From an uncultured Gemmatimonadales bacterium (GTDB lineage: Bacteria > Gemmatimonadota > Gemmatimonadetes > Gemmatimonadales > Gemmatimonadaceae), in the NCBI GenBank assembly GCA_963707505.1, contig CAVPQB010000006.1, forward strand, positions 756,581-820,580: a stretch of DNA of 64,000 bases, written 5' to 3'. A program made the translations under genes and the position numbers. A model generated the notes under the pieces. The model had not been told where the DNA came from. It ran no database searches and saw only the letters and a program-made list of their open reading frames with translations. Shown piece by piece: positions 20,936-30,474 of this stretch; the stretch's first letter is position 1, and every line of letters starts with the position of its first letter.

Positions 20936-22072
20936 TCACGCGAGCGCCTGGTGGATCACATCAAGCGCGCGCTGCATCTCCGGCATCGTCCCAACTGTGA
21001 CCCGCAGATGCGTCGTAAGCGGCGGAAAGGGCCGCCCCAACGACACACCCTGCTTCAGACACTCGGCGCGGAACGCCTTCACGTCGCGCTTGATATCCAC
21101 CATGACAAAATTCGCCTGACAATCGGCTGGTACGTAGCCGTTGCGGCGAAAGTAATCCAGAGTGAACGCGCGCGCCTCGCGATTCAGGCGCTGCTGCTGA
21201 GCGATGCGCGCGGTGTCGGCGACGGTCGCACTCGCTGCCGCCAACGACGGCTGGTTGGTGTTGGTGTCGAGCAGCCAGGGTTGCATTCGCTTGAGTGTCT
21301 CGGGACGCGCGATGGCATATCCCAGCCGCAGTCCCGCCATTCCGTACACTTTTGAAAATGTGCGCGCCACCACCACGTTCGGATTGGCGAGCGCCAACGG
21401 GATCGCGGTGGCGTACGCCGGATCGTCCACGTATTCGTGGTATGCTTCGTCTATGAGGAACATCGTATCGGGCGATACGCGTCCCACATGCTCCACGAAA
21501 TCCTTCACGGCGGCGGATCCGAGCACTGTGGCCGTGGGGTTGTTGGGATTGCAGAGATACACGACGCCGGCTCCTTTGGCTGCGTCCGTCATCGCATCAA
21601 GATCGAGACGCAGTTTGCTATCCACCGGCACGTTGCGCACCTCCGCGCCGATGACAGGCGCGAACCGCCCCATCACTTCGAACGTTGGAGACGCCTGCAC
21701 GAGCGCGCGTCCCGGGCCGGCGAATGCGCCCGTGGCGATACGCAGTATCTCGGTGGAGCCGCAGCCGAGCAGAAGGTGATCGGGCGGCACGCCGCGCGCA
21801 GTCGCGATAGCACGAATGGCGGCGCGCTCCTCGTCGCGCGGATACCGGTTGTCGACGTTGAAGCACCCCTGGATGGCGGCGAGCACGCGGTCACCTGGCC
21901 CGTTGGGATTCTCATTGCTGTCCAGTCGCACAATGCCGCCGGGTTGTATCGATTCTGGACGGCCGAGCGCGAAGAGCGCTTCTGTGCCGCGCCCCGAGAT
22001 CATGGGCGAGAGCAGGACGCCGGCGCTTCCGGCTCCTATCGACGAGAGAAACCTGCGGCGGGAGAGCGGCAT
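20936..22072 (-). CDS. HisC-like PLP aminotransferase class I/II with Tat signal
   Basis: SRRRFL; LDSNENP, CNPNNPT, DEAY, RTFSKVYGMAGLRLGY. Confidence 0.88.
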   Translation of the reverse strand: MPLSRRRFLSSIGAGSAGVLLSPMISGRGTEALFALGRPESIQPGGIVRLDSNENPNGPGDRVLAAIQGCFNVDNRYPRDEERAAIRAIATARGVPPDHLLLGCGSTEILRIATGAFAGPGRALVQASPTFEVMGRFAPVIGAEVRNVPVDSKLRLDLDAMTDAAKGAGVVYLCNPNNPTATVLGSAAVKDFVEHVGRVSPDTMFLIDEAYHEYVDDPAYATAIPLALANPNVVVARTFSKVYGMAGLRLGYAIARPETLKRMQPWLLDTNTNQPSLAAASATVADTARIAQQQRLNREARAFTLDYFRRNGYVPADCQANFVMVDIKRDVKAFRAECLKQGVSLGRPFPPLTTHLRVTVGTMPEMQRALDVIHQALA

Positions 22073-22093
22073 CGAGTACTCCGTTTGGTGGAT

Positions 22094-22126
22094 GGCGCGG
22101 CGTTACGGGCGCAAGACTTGACACCC
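22094..22126. repeat. Degenerate family-B right TIR scar
   Basis: GGCGCAAGACTTGACACCC versus GGCGCAAGACCTGACCCC. Confidence 0.65.
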
Positions 22127-22156
22127 AGATCTTCGAATTCCAGCGATCGTCGGCAA

Positions 22157-24802
22157 TCATTTACCCAGTAACGCCGGCCAGTTCTCGACCAACACCGCGG
22201 CGTTCGACGCCGGCGACATGCGCAGCACGAAGCGCGTCCCGTCTCCGTTCACGTCGTACGGCACTCCTGGGTCGAAGAACATCCCGCGCAACCAGCTGGG
22301 CACTCGAAAGAGCATCTGCGGTGTTCCGAGCGCGAGCGTCGCACCTGGCGTAACGGACGTGCTCATCATGCGGCCGTCGGGCGTCTCGAAGTACATTTCG
22401 CGCCCGTCATTGCGCCAGCGCGGACGACGCCCGCCGTTCACCGAAATGCGCGCTGCCTCGCCGGATCGCAGGAACGGTCGCACGTAGATCTCGCTCGCAC
22501 CGGATTCGTCCGACGCGTACGCCAGCCATCGTCCGTCCGGCGAGAGCGCTCCGTCGGCGACATTTCCACCGCTGCCCAGGACGCGAATGGGCCGACCTGC
22601 GGTGAAGTCGTACGCCCAGATCTCTGACCGCGCGAGGGTATCGGCAGTCGATGCAGCGCGCGTCGTCAGGAGATAGCGTCCGTCGCGTGACCAGTCGGTG
22701 GGAAGCGGTGTCCCGCGCGTTCCGGCCATGAGCAATGTGTCTCGCGCCGGTCGCGAGATCGACGCGATGAATTCCGGCGACCCCACTCCCCGTCGTCCCG
22801 GGCTGAAACCGGCCAGCACCGAGTCTCCGGGTCCCCAGACGGGAGAGGAAGCGAGACTCGCGACAACGGTGAGTGTTTTTCGAACCATGTCGTAGATGAT
22901 CACGTGGTCGAAGCCGCCCAGCGCGACCAGTGACTTGCTTCGCGCAATCTGGTGCGTCCATGTGCCGAGCACCGGTATCGTGTCGATGATCTGCCCCTTT
23001 CGATCAGCGACGAGCTTCTCCAGATCACCTTGCGACGGCAGATACGCCAGCGCACCAGTCGCCGAAACCGAGTACGAGAACGTAGCGCCTGCCGAGCGCA
23101 CGCCATCCGCGATGAGCACGCGATCACCGCTGAGAGTCAGTGTGCCCGCGTCGAATCGTTGCGCGACGAGGCGCGACGGCATCCCGGCCCCCGGGAACAC
23201 GCCGTATAACAGGATGTCAGGAAGTACCAGTGTGGGATCCGAGGCCCGTGAGACGAGCTGGCGCCAGGCACCTCCGTTCATGTCTGCTACAAAAACTCCG
23301 GGGGCATCGGATCCGAATCGGACGGAGAAGAGCACGTGTTTGCCGTCCGGAAGCAGGACGGGATGCTCCAGCATCTCCGCGCTGGATGTCGACGTGTGGA
23401 TCGGGACGGCGATCGTGCACGGGCCGCCGTTGGCGGTCGTGCGCTCGATACCGCGGGAGCTCGCGACGAGGATGGTGCCGTCGTCTGCCCAACTTCCATT
23501 CATGCCGCCGTCAATCTTGCAAAGCCCGCGAAGGCCGCCCGTGAGATCGAACCGCCACAACTGATCGTGGGCGAAGAATGCGATCGATTGCCCGTCCGGC
23601 GACCAGAACGGTCCCACGGCGCCGTCCGTACCCGGAAGGGCCACGGCGGTGAGCGAGTCGAGGCGTCTCAGCCAGAGACGCGACTCGCCATGCGGCGAAA
23701 GCAGTACGAACGCGAAACGTTGTCCATCTGGCGAGAGCGCGCCGAAGCTGGATCGCTCACTGAATTCCTGTCCGTCGGGCGGGAGCAGTGACGACATCAC
23801 CAGCGGAGCCGTGCCACCTCGACGTCCACGCAATGACATACCGAGAGCCGCGAGTGCGATCACCGTCATGAGCGCCGCGACGCTCCACGGCAGCCAGCGC
23901 GCGCCCGAGTGCTGTCCCATCGGCACCGAGTGCGTCGCTCGCGTAACGGATCCCGTGGGGCCCGCGAGCGCTCGAGAAAACTCGGTGGCCGATGCGAAAC
24001 GATCAGCGGGAAGTTTCTCCAGCGCGGTCATCACCGCATCAACGACGCACGCTGGAACGCTCTTGCGCTGCGCGACGAGCGAGCGCGGCTCCGTCGTGAT
24101 CACCTGCGCGACGATCGCCTGTGCGGTAGATCCGGTGAATGGCGGATCACCGCTCAGCATCTCGTACGTGACCGCGCCGAGCGAGTAGATGTCGGAGCGA
24201 GGTCCGATGTCACGCTCACCCATCGCCTGCTCGGGTGACATGTACTGTGGAGTGCCGAGTGAAAGGCCGGTCTGCGTCATTCGCTGTCCGCCGGCCTGCT
24301 GTACGGCGAGCGCAATTCCAAAGTCCGCTACGAGCGCGTGCCCGTTCTGCAGCAGGATGTTCTCCGGCTTGATGTCGCGGTGCACGATGCCGCGTCCGTG
24401 GGCGTATGCGAGTGCGTCTGCTGTCTCGCTCGCGATGCGGACTGCGTCAGCAATTGGAAGCTGCTTGTCACGCGTGAGCCGTTCGCGCAGAGTCTCACCT
24501 TCCACGTACGGCATGACGTAAAAGAGCAAACCATCAGCGCTTCCACTGTCAAACAGCGGCAGGATGTGCGGGTGCTGCAGGTTGGCGGTGAGTTCTATTT
24601 CCTTTAAGAACCGTTCCGGGCCGATGATCGCAGAGAGTTCGGCGTGTAGTACCTTGATCGCGACCTTGCGGTGATGCTTGAGATCTTCGGCGAGATACAC
24701 AGTCGCCATTCCGCCCGCACCGAGCTCGCGCTCGATGCGGTATCGGTCGGCCAGGGACGGCTGGAGGCGCGCTGACAGCTGGTCGGGAGCTGACTCGGGC
24801 AT
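22157..24802 (-). CDS. Ser/Thr kinase with C-terminal TolB/PD40 beta-propeller
   Basis: LGAGGMATV, HRDIKPEN, DFG, GTPQYMSPE; LSPDG/WSPDG repeats. Confidence 0.93.
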   Translation of the reverse strand: MPESAPDQLSARLQPSLADRYRIERELGAGGMATVYLAEDLKHHRKVAIKVLHAELSAIIGPERFLKEIELTANLQHPHILPLFDSGSADGLLFYVMPYVEGETLRERLTRDKQLPIADAVRIASETADALAYAHGRGIVHRDIKPENILLQNGHALVADFGIALAVQQAGGQRMTQTGLSLGTPQYMSPEQAMGERDIGPRSDIYSLGAVTYEMLSGDPPFTGSTAQAIVAQVITTEPRSLVAQRKSVPACVVDAVMTALEKLPADRFASATEFSRALAGPTGSVTRATHSVPMGQHSGARWLPWSVAALMTVIALAALGMSLRGRRGGTAPLVMSSLLPPDGQEFSERSSFGALSPDGQRFAFVLLSPHGESRLWLRRLDSLTAVALPGTDGAVGPFWSPDGQSIAFFAHDQLWRFDLTGGLRGLCKIDGGMNGSWADDGTILVASSRGIERTTANGGPCTIAVPIHTSTSSAEMLEHPVLLPDGKHVLFSVRFGSDAPGVFVADMNGGAWRQLVSRASDPTLVLPDILLYGVFPGAGMPSRLVAQRFDAGTLTLSGDRVLIADGVRSAGATFSYSVSATGALAYLPSQGDLEKLVADRKGQIIDTIPVLGTWTHQIARSKSLVALGGFDHVIIYDMVRKTLTVVASLASSPVWGPGDSVLAGFSPGRRGVGSPEFIASISRPARDTLLMAGTRGTPLPTDWSRDGRYLLTTRAASTADTLARSEIWAYDFTAGRPIRVLGSGGNVADGALSPDGRWLAYASDESGASEIYVRPFLRSGEAARISVNGGRRPRWRNDGREMYFETPDGRMMSTSVTPGATLALGTPQMLFRVPSWLRGMFFDPGVPYDVNGDGTRFVLRMSPASNAAVLVENWPALLGK

Positions 24803-24846
24803 GTGGGGGGATAATGTACGTTACGCCGGTCCGTCCCGGGCGAAAT

Positions 24847-24924
24847 GGGGTGAGAGTGCACTTCTCCTGGTAAACGCGATCTGGTGGCGTCAGAAGCAAC
24901 GGGACGGAGTGGGGACGGACTCCG
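24847..24924. mobile_element. Family-A mini-element interrupted by a family-C TIR
   Basis: GGGGTGAGAGTGCACTTCTCCTGGTAAACGCGA... then GGGACGGAGT GGGGACGGACTCCG. Confidence 0.7.
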
Positions 24925-24933
24925 ATCCACCGA

Positions 24934-25337
24934 TCACGCCTCGGCCACTATTGCAAAACGTCCCTTGTCTCGATCCGCAGTAGGCAGGTTCAGGAACTCG
25001 CTGTGAATTATCCTGAACCGCAATCCAGCGAGCAGTGCAATCGCTTCGTCAGGGGAATGTGAAAGAGCGAGTCCCACGCTATGACCGCGGCGAATTCTCC
25101 ACCGGGGTCGAAGCTCTCGAGTGATGACAGGACCCAATGCTGTTCCGGCAGGCGGCTGCGAGCCGGTCCTGCACCGACTCCGGCATGCGTCGCGCATAAT
25201 CCAGTTTGCGCCGCGGCTCTCTGAACGACGGCTGTCCGCGGAACCGGGCCGAGTGACATCCGGCCCCAGATAGTGCATATTCGCGAGCGTTGGGGACGAC
25301 AGTCCTGGCCAGAACTGTCGTGGAGAACATCAACCAT
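24934..25337 (-). pseudogene. Decayed copy of the 6287-6895 methyltransferase
   Basis: LPEQHWVLSSLESFDPGGEFAAVIAWDSLFHIP and, in another frame, SEFLNLPTADRDKGRFAIVAEA match the intact copy; internal deletion and frameshifts. Confidence 0.85.
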
Positions 25338-25351
25338 CGAGCTCGCTACCG

Positions 25352-25921
25352 ATGCAGGCGTTCGAGCTGCTTACGCTGTTCGTGTCGTTCGTATATACAC
25401 TGGCGCTGACGCATCTCCTTTTCGCCAGTGCACGGATGATCCGCTATCGCCGCAGAATAGCGTTCTCGTGGCCGCACGCACTCTGGATGCTCAATGCGCT
25501 CCTCGTTCAGTTCGACGACTGGTTGAGTCTAAGCGACCTTCGCACGCTCAAGTCGCTGTCGCTAGGAATCATCGCGATCAATTTCACGATCGTCATAATT
25601 CAATACCTGGTATGCGCACTAGTCTCTCCGGATTTCGAGAGCAGCGACGATTATGACCTGCGCCGCTTCCACAAGGAGCAGGGACCGACCTACATCACGG
25701 CGTTTCTGGTAGTGATGTTATACTCGCTCGCGGTCAACGTAATGGTCGCCGATGCAGGCGTGGCGAACGCGGTGGGGCAGAACTGGCTCGTCCTTCTGAT
25801 CCTTGTCCCGATCATAGCGGCGCTGTGGGTGAAGAGACGCTGGGTCCAGCTGCTGGCGCCAGCAGTGCTGATCGTACTTCAGATCGCGTACGCTGTCATA
25901 TACTACCCGGTACTGAGATGA
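25352..25921 (+). CDS. Uncharacterised multi-pass membrane protein, paralogue 3
   Basis: MQAFELLTLFVSFVYTLALTHLL...SWPHALW...VSPD...YDLRRF. Confidence 0.82.
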   Translation: MQAFELLTLFVSFVYTLALTHLLFASARMIRYRRRIAFSWPHALWMLNALLVQFDDWLSLSDLRTLKSLSLGIIAINFTIVIIQYLVCALVSPDFESSDDYDLRRFHKEQGPTYITAFLVVMLYSLAVNVMVADAGVANAVGQNWLVLLILVPIIAALWVKRRWVQLLAPAVLIVLQIAYAVIYYPVLR

Positions 25922-25964
25922 TCCGAACCGAGTTCACCGACCCGTGCCTTGACATCAACAGAGG

Positions 25965-26543
25965 GTGACAGGCTTGTTCTCCTACCTTGGCGTGCTGATC
26001 TCCGTCATCATGGGCCTCGCAGTGACGTATCTCCTGGTCGGCGTGAGCGAGATCATCCACATGCGTCATACGATCCGAATCTACTGGGTGCACATCGTAT
26101 GGACCGTGAACGTGCTGGTCTACGTCCTCGCGGTCTGGTGGGGAATGTTCTGGTGGAATCGCCTGCACACATGGAGCATCGAGGAATTTCTTTTCATCAC
26201 GATCTATTCCATTGTCATTTTCATGCTGGCCGCGATGCTATACCCGCGCGAAGTACCGGAGGGACTCGATTTCGAGGCGTACTTCTTTACCAACAAGCGA
26301 TGGTTCTTCGGGATCTATCTCACCGCGACGCTGCTGGACGTCGTCGAGACAGTGTCGAAGGGCGTCATCGGGTTACGGCCAGTTCCGACGGAGTACGTGA
26401 TCTACATTCCCGTCGTGCTCGTGATCTGCGCCACGGCGCTCATCACCAAACGGCGCCGGCTGCACGAAGTCTTGTGCGTTGCCTGGCTGGTGTGCTCGCT
26501 TTCGTATTTGGCATTCACTTCGCTCGCGCGAATCGCTGGCTGA
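25965..26543 (+). CDS. Uncharacterised multi-pass membrane protein, paralogue 4
   Basis: LFSYLGVLISVIMGLAVTYLL...YWVHIVW...VWW...LYP...DFEAYFFTNKRWFFG. Confidence 0.85.
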   Translation: MTGLFSYLGVLISVIMGLAVTYLLVGVSEIIHMRHTIRIYWVHIVWTVNVLVYVLAVWWGMFWWNRLHTWSIEEFLFITIYSIVIFMLAAMLYPREVPEGLDFEAYFFTNKRWFFGIYLTATLLDVVETVSKGVIGLRPVPTEYVIYIPVVLVICATALITKRRRLHEVLCVAWLVCSLSYLAFTSLARIAG

Positions 26544-26575
26544 CCAAGTTCTCGTTGAACCAGCCAGCGGGGAGC

Positions 26576-26739
26576 GGGGTCAGGTCTTGCCCCGTGCGCC
26601 GATCGCGGTCGTTGCAGTGTTTCGCTAAACCGTGCGGCGCTTCAGCCGCAGGATCGGCGAGCACTTCTGTATCCATTATTCGCGCGTGAGCCGGATCGTA
26701 AGCAACACAGAGCGTCAGCGCGCACGGGGCAAGACCCCC
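26576..26739 (+). mobile_element. Family-B MITE with small deletion in right TIR
   Basis: GGGGTCAGGTCTTGCCCCGTGCGC...GCGCACGGGGCAAGACCCCC; interior reads IGEHFCIHYSRVSRIVSNTERQRARGKT. Confidence 0.92.
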
Positions 26740-26760
26740 GGTTTCTCCTGACGCGCGCGG

Positions 26761-29301
26761 TCACGTTCGAGGCCTGATAGGCCATGGTGTCGAGTACGAG
26801 CACGCGGCGGCGCCCATCCGATGTGCCGCGGCAGCGAACGCGGGGTCGTCCCGGAGCGAGTCGAAGATCGGATCACACATGCTGTAACCTCCGCTCGAAT
26901 TCACGCTCTTCCAGTCGATTCGCGGAACCAGTGACGCGCGCTGACTCGCCGGAATTCCGAACGCGAGTGCCACTTCCAGATCGGCGCTGGTAATTGCGCT
27001 CTGGTTGCGCGGCGCAAGTCGTTCGTGGGCCGCGCGGATTACGTCGCGTACTCGTTCGGCGTCGCTCCAGCGACCTGCCGCGGCGTATGCCAGCACCAGA
27101 CCACCCTGAACGCCCGGCAATGTAGAATCATGCTGGCGCGCTATCTCAGCGTATTTGACCGCCGAATCCGCGTGGCCGGAGAACATATTGGCCAGTGCGA
27201 TAGTCAAGTAGGCTGGAGTGAAGGAAGAATCGATGGCGATCGACTTGTGCGCTGCGTCGAGCGCTCCGCGAAAGTCCCTCGACACATAAAGGGCCTCGCT
27301 CACGTCACCAGCAAGGACTGCAGAGAGCGGATCGAGCGCCGCCGCGCGTCTGGCCTCCGACAACGCCTGCGGAATTTCATCGAGCCATCCTAGATTGTCG
27401 GCGTGCCATTGCAGTGCGGCCGGATCGTTGGGGGCGATTGCCAACGCCGTCCGGCATTGCGGCTCCATTTCCGCAGCGCGATTCAACAGCGGGCCGACAC
27501 CGCATAAGGCGGTATGCGCATCGACGAGTGTCGAGTCGAGAGTCAGGGCGTGCCGTGCGCTGGCGATGGCGAGATCACCAAGAGAATCAGCATCGATGGG
27601 CAGATAATCAGGCAGAATTGCGTACGTCATGCCGAGTCCGGCGTAAGCGCGCGCGAAGTGTGGATCGCGCGCAATCGCCTGCTTGAAATAGTCGATCGAG
27701 CGCAGAAGATTCGCGCTGCCCCGCTTCTGCCAGAAATAGTGCCCCTTGAGATAGAGGTCGTATGCGGCGAGATCGGTCGTTCCGCGACTCGAATCGGCGA
27801 CCGTCGCTGCGGTTGTGCCGCGAAGCGCGGGCTCCAATGCGTGCACTATCTCCTTTGTGAATTGATCCTGCACCTGAAACACATCCGTCGCGCGGCTCTC
27901 ATATGCGTCCGACCAGACGACAAGGCCGTCCTTCGCGCTCGTCAATTGTGCAGTGATGCGAAGCCTGTCGCCGGCGCGACGCACGGTTCCTTCCACGATA
28001 CCGCCAACGTTCAGAGTACGACCGATCTGTTGTGCCGGTACGTCCTTGCCCTTGAACGCGTACGATGACGTTCTACCCGCGACCCTGAGGGACGGCAGCC
28101 GCGAAAGTGCGTGCGCGAGTTCGTCAGTCATTCCATCGGAGAAGTATTCGTCCTTCGAAGCGCCATCTGTATTCACGAACGGAAGCACCGCGACCGTCGT
28201 AATTGACGCCGGAGCAGTGGCGCGCACACTTGAATCCTGTGCTATGCCGGTGGTAGCAGCATGGCCGAGCGTCGGCCTGAAGCCGTGCCAGCCGAGCAGC
28301 GCGGCTGCGATTACAACTACGCTCGCAACCACCGCCATTGTATGGCCGCGCCGCCACCGTGCCTGCACCAATCGCGTTGCTGCGTCTGCCATGGGTCCGC
28401 GCCGCGCGTCTTGCGGCGCGTGGAGGAGCTCGGGTGATTCGAGTGCAGCGACGAGGCTCGCTGCATCGGCAACACGCTTCGATGGCTCCTTCTGGATACA
28501 CCGCATCACCAGTGCGACGAGCGGCTCGGGAATGTCAGATGCTGGATTCGTGAGCGCTGCCGGAACCTCGGCGATCTGCGCGGCTATCAGTTGTTGTGCG
28601 CTCGTTTTGCCCGCGAATGGATGAACGCCGGCAAGCATCTCATATGCAACGATTCCCCACGCATATATGTCCGCTCGCGCATCCACTGGATCACCAACTG
28701 CCTGTTCGGGCGCCATGTACGCCGGCGTGCCTAACGAGGTACCGATCTGTGTAAGCGTCCCGCCCGGGGCCTGTGTCTTCGCGGCACTCAGCGCCTTCGC
28801 GATCCCGAAATCGGTGACGACGGCAATACCATCGGAGATGAGAATATTCTCCGGTTTTATATCGCGATGAATCACGCCGCGTCTGTGCGCATAGTCCAGT
28901 GCGCGCGCCACGTCGGTCATGACTTTAACCGAACTCGCTACACTCGAGCCGCCCCGGTTCATGCTTGCACGCAACGACTCGCCGCTGACGAATGGCATGA
29001 TGTAATACGGAAGCCCATCTGCCACGCCGGCTGTTATGACAGGTACAATGTGCGGATGCTGCAACTGGGCCGCGAGCTTGATCTCGCGCTCGAAACGGTC
29101 GGCCGAAAGGCCTTCTGCCAACTCCGGCGCAAGTACCTTGACCACGATATCGCGGCCAAGCGCTTCATCATGAGCACGAAATACGCGCGACATTCCACCC
29201 CCGCCAAGCTCACGCTCGATGCGGTAGGCGGATCCCAGAGAAGCCTCGAGCCGGACGAGCAGCGGATCGCGAGGGTTTTCCGGTTCCATCAGGTCAAACA
29301 T
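26761..29301 (-). CDS. Ser/Thr kinase with TolB-N-like and TPR domains
   Basis: LGGGGMSRV, HRDIKPEN, DFG, GTPAYMAPE; VAVLPFVN..EYFSDGMTDEL; AYDLYLKG. Confidence 0.93.
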   Translation of the reverse strand: MFDLMEPENPRDPLLVRLEASLGSAYRIERELGGGGMSRVFRAHDEALGRDIVVKVLAPELAEGLSADRFEREIKLAAQLQHPHIVPVITAGVADGLPYYIMPFVSGESLRASMNRGGSSVASSVKVMTDVARALDYAHRRGVIHRDIKPENILISDGIAVVTDFGIAKALSAAKTQAPGGTLTQIGTSLGTPAYMAPEQAVGDPVDARADIYAWGIVAYEMLAGVHPFAGKTSAQQLIAAQIAEVPAALTNPASDIPEPLVALVMRCIQKEPSKRVADAASLVAALESPELLHAPQDARRGPMADAATRLVQARWRRGHTMAVVASVVVIAAALLGWHGFRPTLGHAATTGIAQDSSVRATAPASITTVAVLPFVNTDGASKDEYFSDGMTDELAHALSRLPSLRVAGRTSSYAFKGKDVPAQQIGRTLNVGGIVEGTVRRAGDRLRITAQLTSAKDGLVVWSDAYESRATDVFQVQDQFTKEIVHALEPALRGTTAATVADSSRGTTDLAAYDLYLKGHYFWQKRGSANLLRSIDYFKQAIARDPHFARAYAGLGMTYAILPDYLPIDADSLGDLAIASARHALTLDSTLVDAHTALCGVGPLLNRAAEMEPQCRTALAIAPNDPAALQWHADNLGWLDEIPQALSEARRAAALDPLSAVLAGDVSEALYVSRDFRGALDAAHKSIAIDSSFTPAYLTIALANMFSGHADSAVKYAEIARQHDSTLPGVQGGLVLAYAAAGRWSDAERVRDVIRAAHERLAPRNQSAITSADLEVALAFGIPASQRASLVPRIDWKSVNSSGGYSMCDPIFDSLRDDPAFAAAAHRMGAAACSYSTPWPIRPRT

Positions 29302-29312
29302 ACGTCAGATTC

Positions 29313-29359
29313 GGGGACGGAGTGGGGACGGAGTGGGGACGGAGTGGGGACGGACTCCG
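29313..29359. repeat. Family-C TIR with three tandem 11-bp units
   Basis: (GGGGACGGAGT)x3 + GGGGACGGACTCCG; same end as 24901-24924. Confidence 0.85.
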
Positions 29360-29423
29360 TTTCTGAAGCGTGTCGAGGTCCTTTCGCGTCAGGTGCCGGA
29401 ATGGAGAGGCGGGGTCAAGAGGC

Positions 29424-29591
29424 GGGGTCAGGTCTTGCCCCGTGCGCCGATCCCGGTCATTGCAGCTTTTCGCTACACCGCGCGGCGCGTCGACCGCACG
29501 ATCGGCGGGCGCTTCGGTATCAATTGATCGCGCGTTCGCCGAACGGTAGGCAACTCAGAGCGTCAGCGCGCACAGGGCAAGACCTGACCCC
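29424..29591 (+). mobile_element. Family-B MITE, 168 bp
   Basis: Full TIRs; 2 mismatches to the 30881 copy by manual alignment. Confidence 0.95.
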
Positions 29592-29623
29592 GTTGCCCTC
29601 GGCGTCAATTGGTATCGGGTATC

Positions 29624-29678
29624 GGGGTCAAGCCTTGCGCCGTGCGCCCAATTTCAGGCACGGCGCAAGTATGAATCC
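29624..29678. repeat. Family-B TIR-only hairpin, degenerate
   Basis: GGGGTCAAGCCTTGCGCCGTGC-12 nt-GCACGGCGCAAG (12-bp perfect stem), directly after the rhodanese stop. Confidence 0.75.
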
Positions 29679-29679
29679 T

Positions 29680-30027
29680 TCAACGCATCTCTCCCGACTC
29701 CGTCGGCAACTTCATCGCCGTCCACCCTGTGATCCCTGCGGACATCACACTCACATTGCTGTAACCCATCTTCTTCGCGCGAAGCGCGGCGTTAGGAGCC
29801 TTTCTGCAAAGAGGATTCGAGCAGTAGAAGACGATGCGGGTTTTGTCATCGGCGGGTAGATCACTGTTGCCGTAACCGAAAGGATCCAGATTCAGCGCAC
29901 CCGGAACATGTGCGTTGATCCAGCTCTGACGCGAATTGACGTCGACGATTACAGTTTGCTGGTGCTGCATCGTCTGGTGCAGATCGCCTGGCGATATACT
30001 CCTGAGCCCCATGAGTCTCGCCAACAT
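29680..30027 (-). CDS. Rhodanese-like domain protein
   Basis: IVDVN, AHVPGALN, IVFYC, GITGW. Confidence 0.88.
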   Translation of the reverse strand: MLARLMGLRSISPGDLHQTMQHQQTVIVDVNSRQSWINAHVPGALNLDPFGYGNSDLPADDKTRIVFYCSNPLCRKAPNAALRAKKMGYSNVSVMSAGITGWTAMKLPTESGEMR

Positions 30028-30060
30028 GTCAGTTGCTCCCGTTGTGTGGCATTGAATGCA

Positions 30061-30474
30061 TCACGAGCGCGGCCCTTTCGCTGCTACCAGCGCGATCCTG
30101 GTCGCGACGAGCATCACTGATACCCCGAGAACGCTCACTGCGAGTGCCGTAGCATACTGCATAGGTGCGATCATCCATACAATCGCGTACGCGACGCCGC
30201 CGAGCGCGAGTGTCCAACCCGTGAAGCGACGGATCGACTGCTCCACTATCGGATCACCGCACGCCCTCATGCGCGGCGTGATCGTCTTGGGTACGAGGTT
30301 GGCGTAGATGAGTACCACGCCGCCTGACAGGATGCCGAAGATTCGGAGCTCGAGATCGCGGCTCAGGTAGGACGGCGAAAGAAGCTGAAGCACTAGAGAA
30401 GCGAGAATCAGCAGACCTGCGATGATCAACCCGCGCTTGATGCCAGCGCGCGACGATTGCGATTGAACGGTCAT
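30061..30474 (-). CDS. Small four-TM membrane protein (SdpI-like context)
   Basis: Start MTVQSQ overlaps the ArsR stop; YANLVPK...RRFTGWTLALGG. Confidence 0.7.
   Translation of the reverse strand: MTVQSQSSRAGIKRGLIIAGLLILASLVLQLLSPSYLSRDLELRIFGILSGGVVLIYANLVPKTITPRMRACGDPIVEQSIRRFTGWTLALGGVAYAIVWMIAPMQYATALAVSVLGVSVMLVATRIALVAAKGPRS

Noticed and set aside
28867..29859. 330-aa plus-strand ORF
   Set aside because: Antisense to the kinase and rhodanese genes and reads through repeats; GC-rich shadow ORF.
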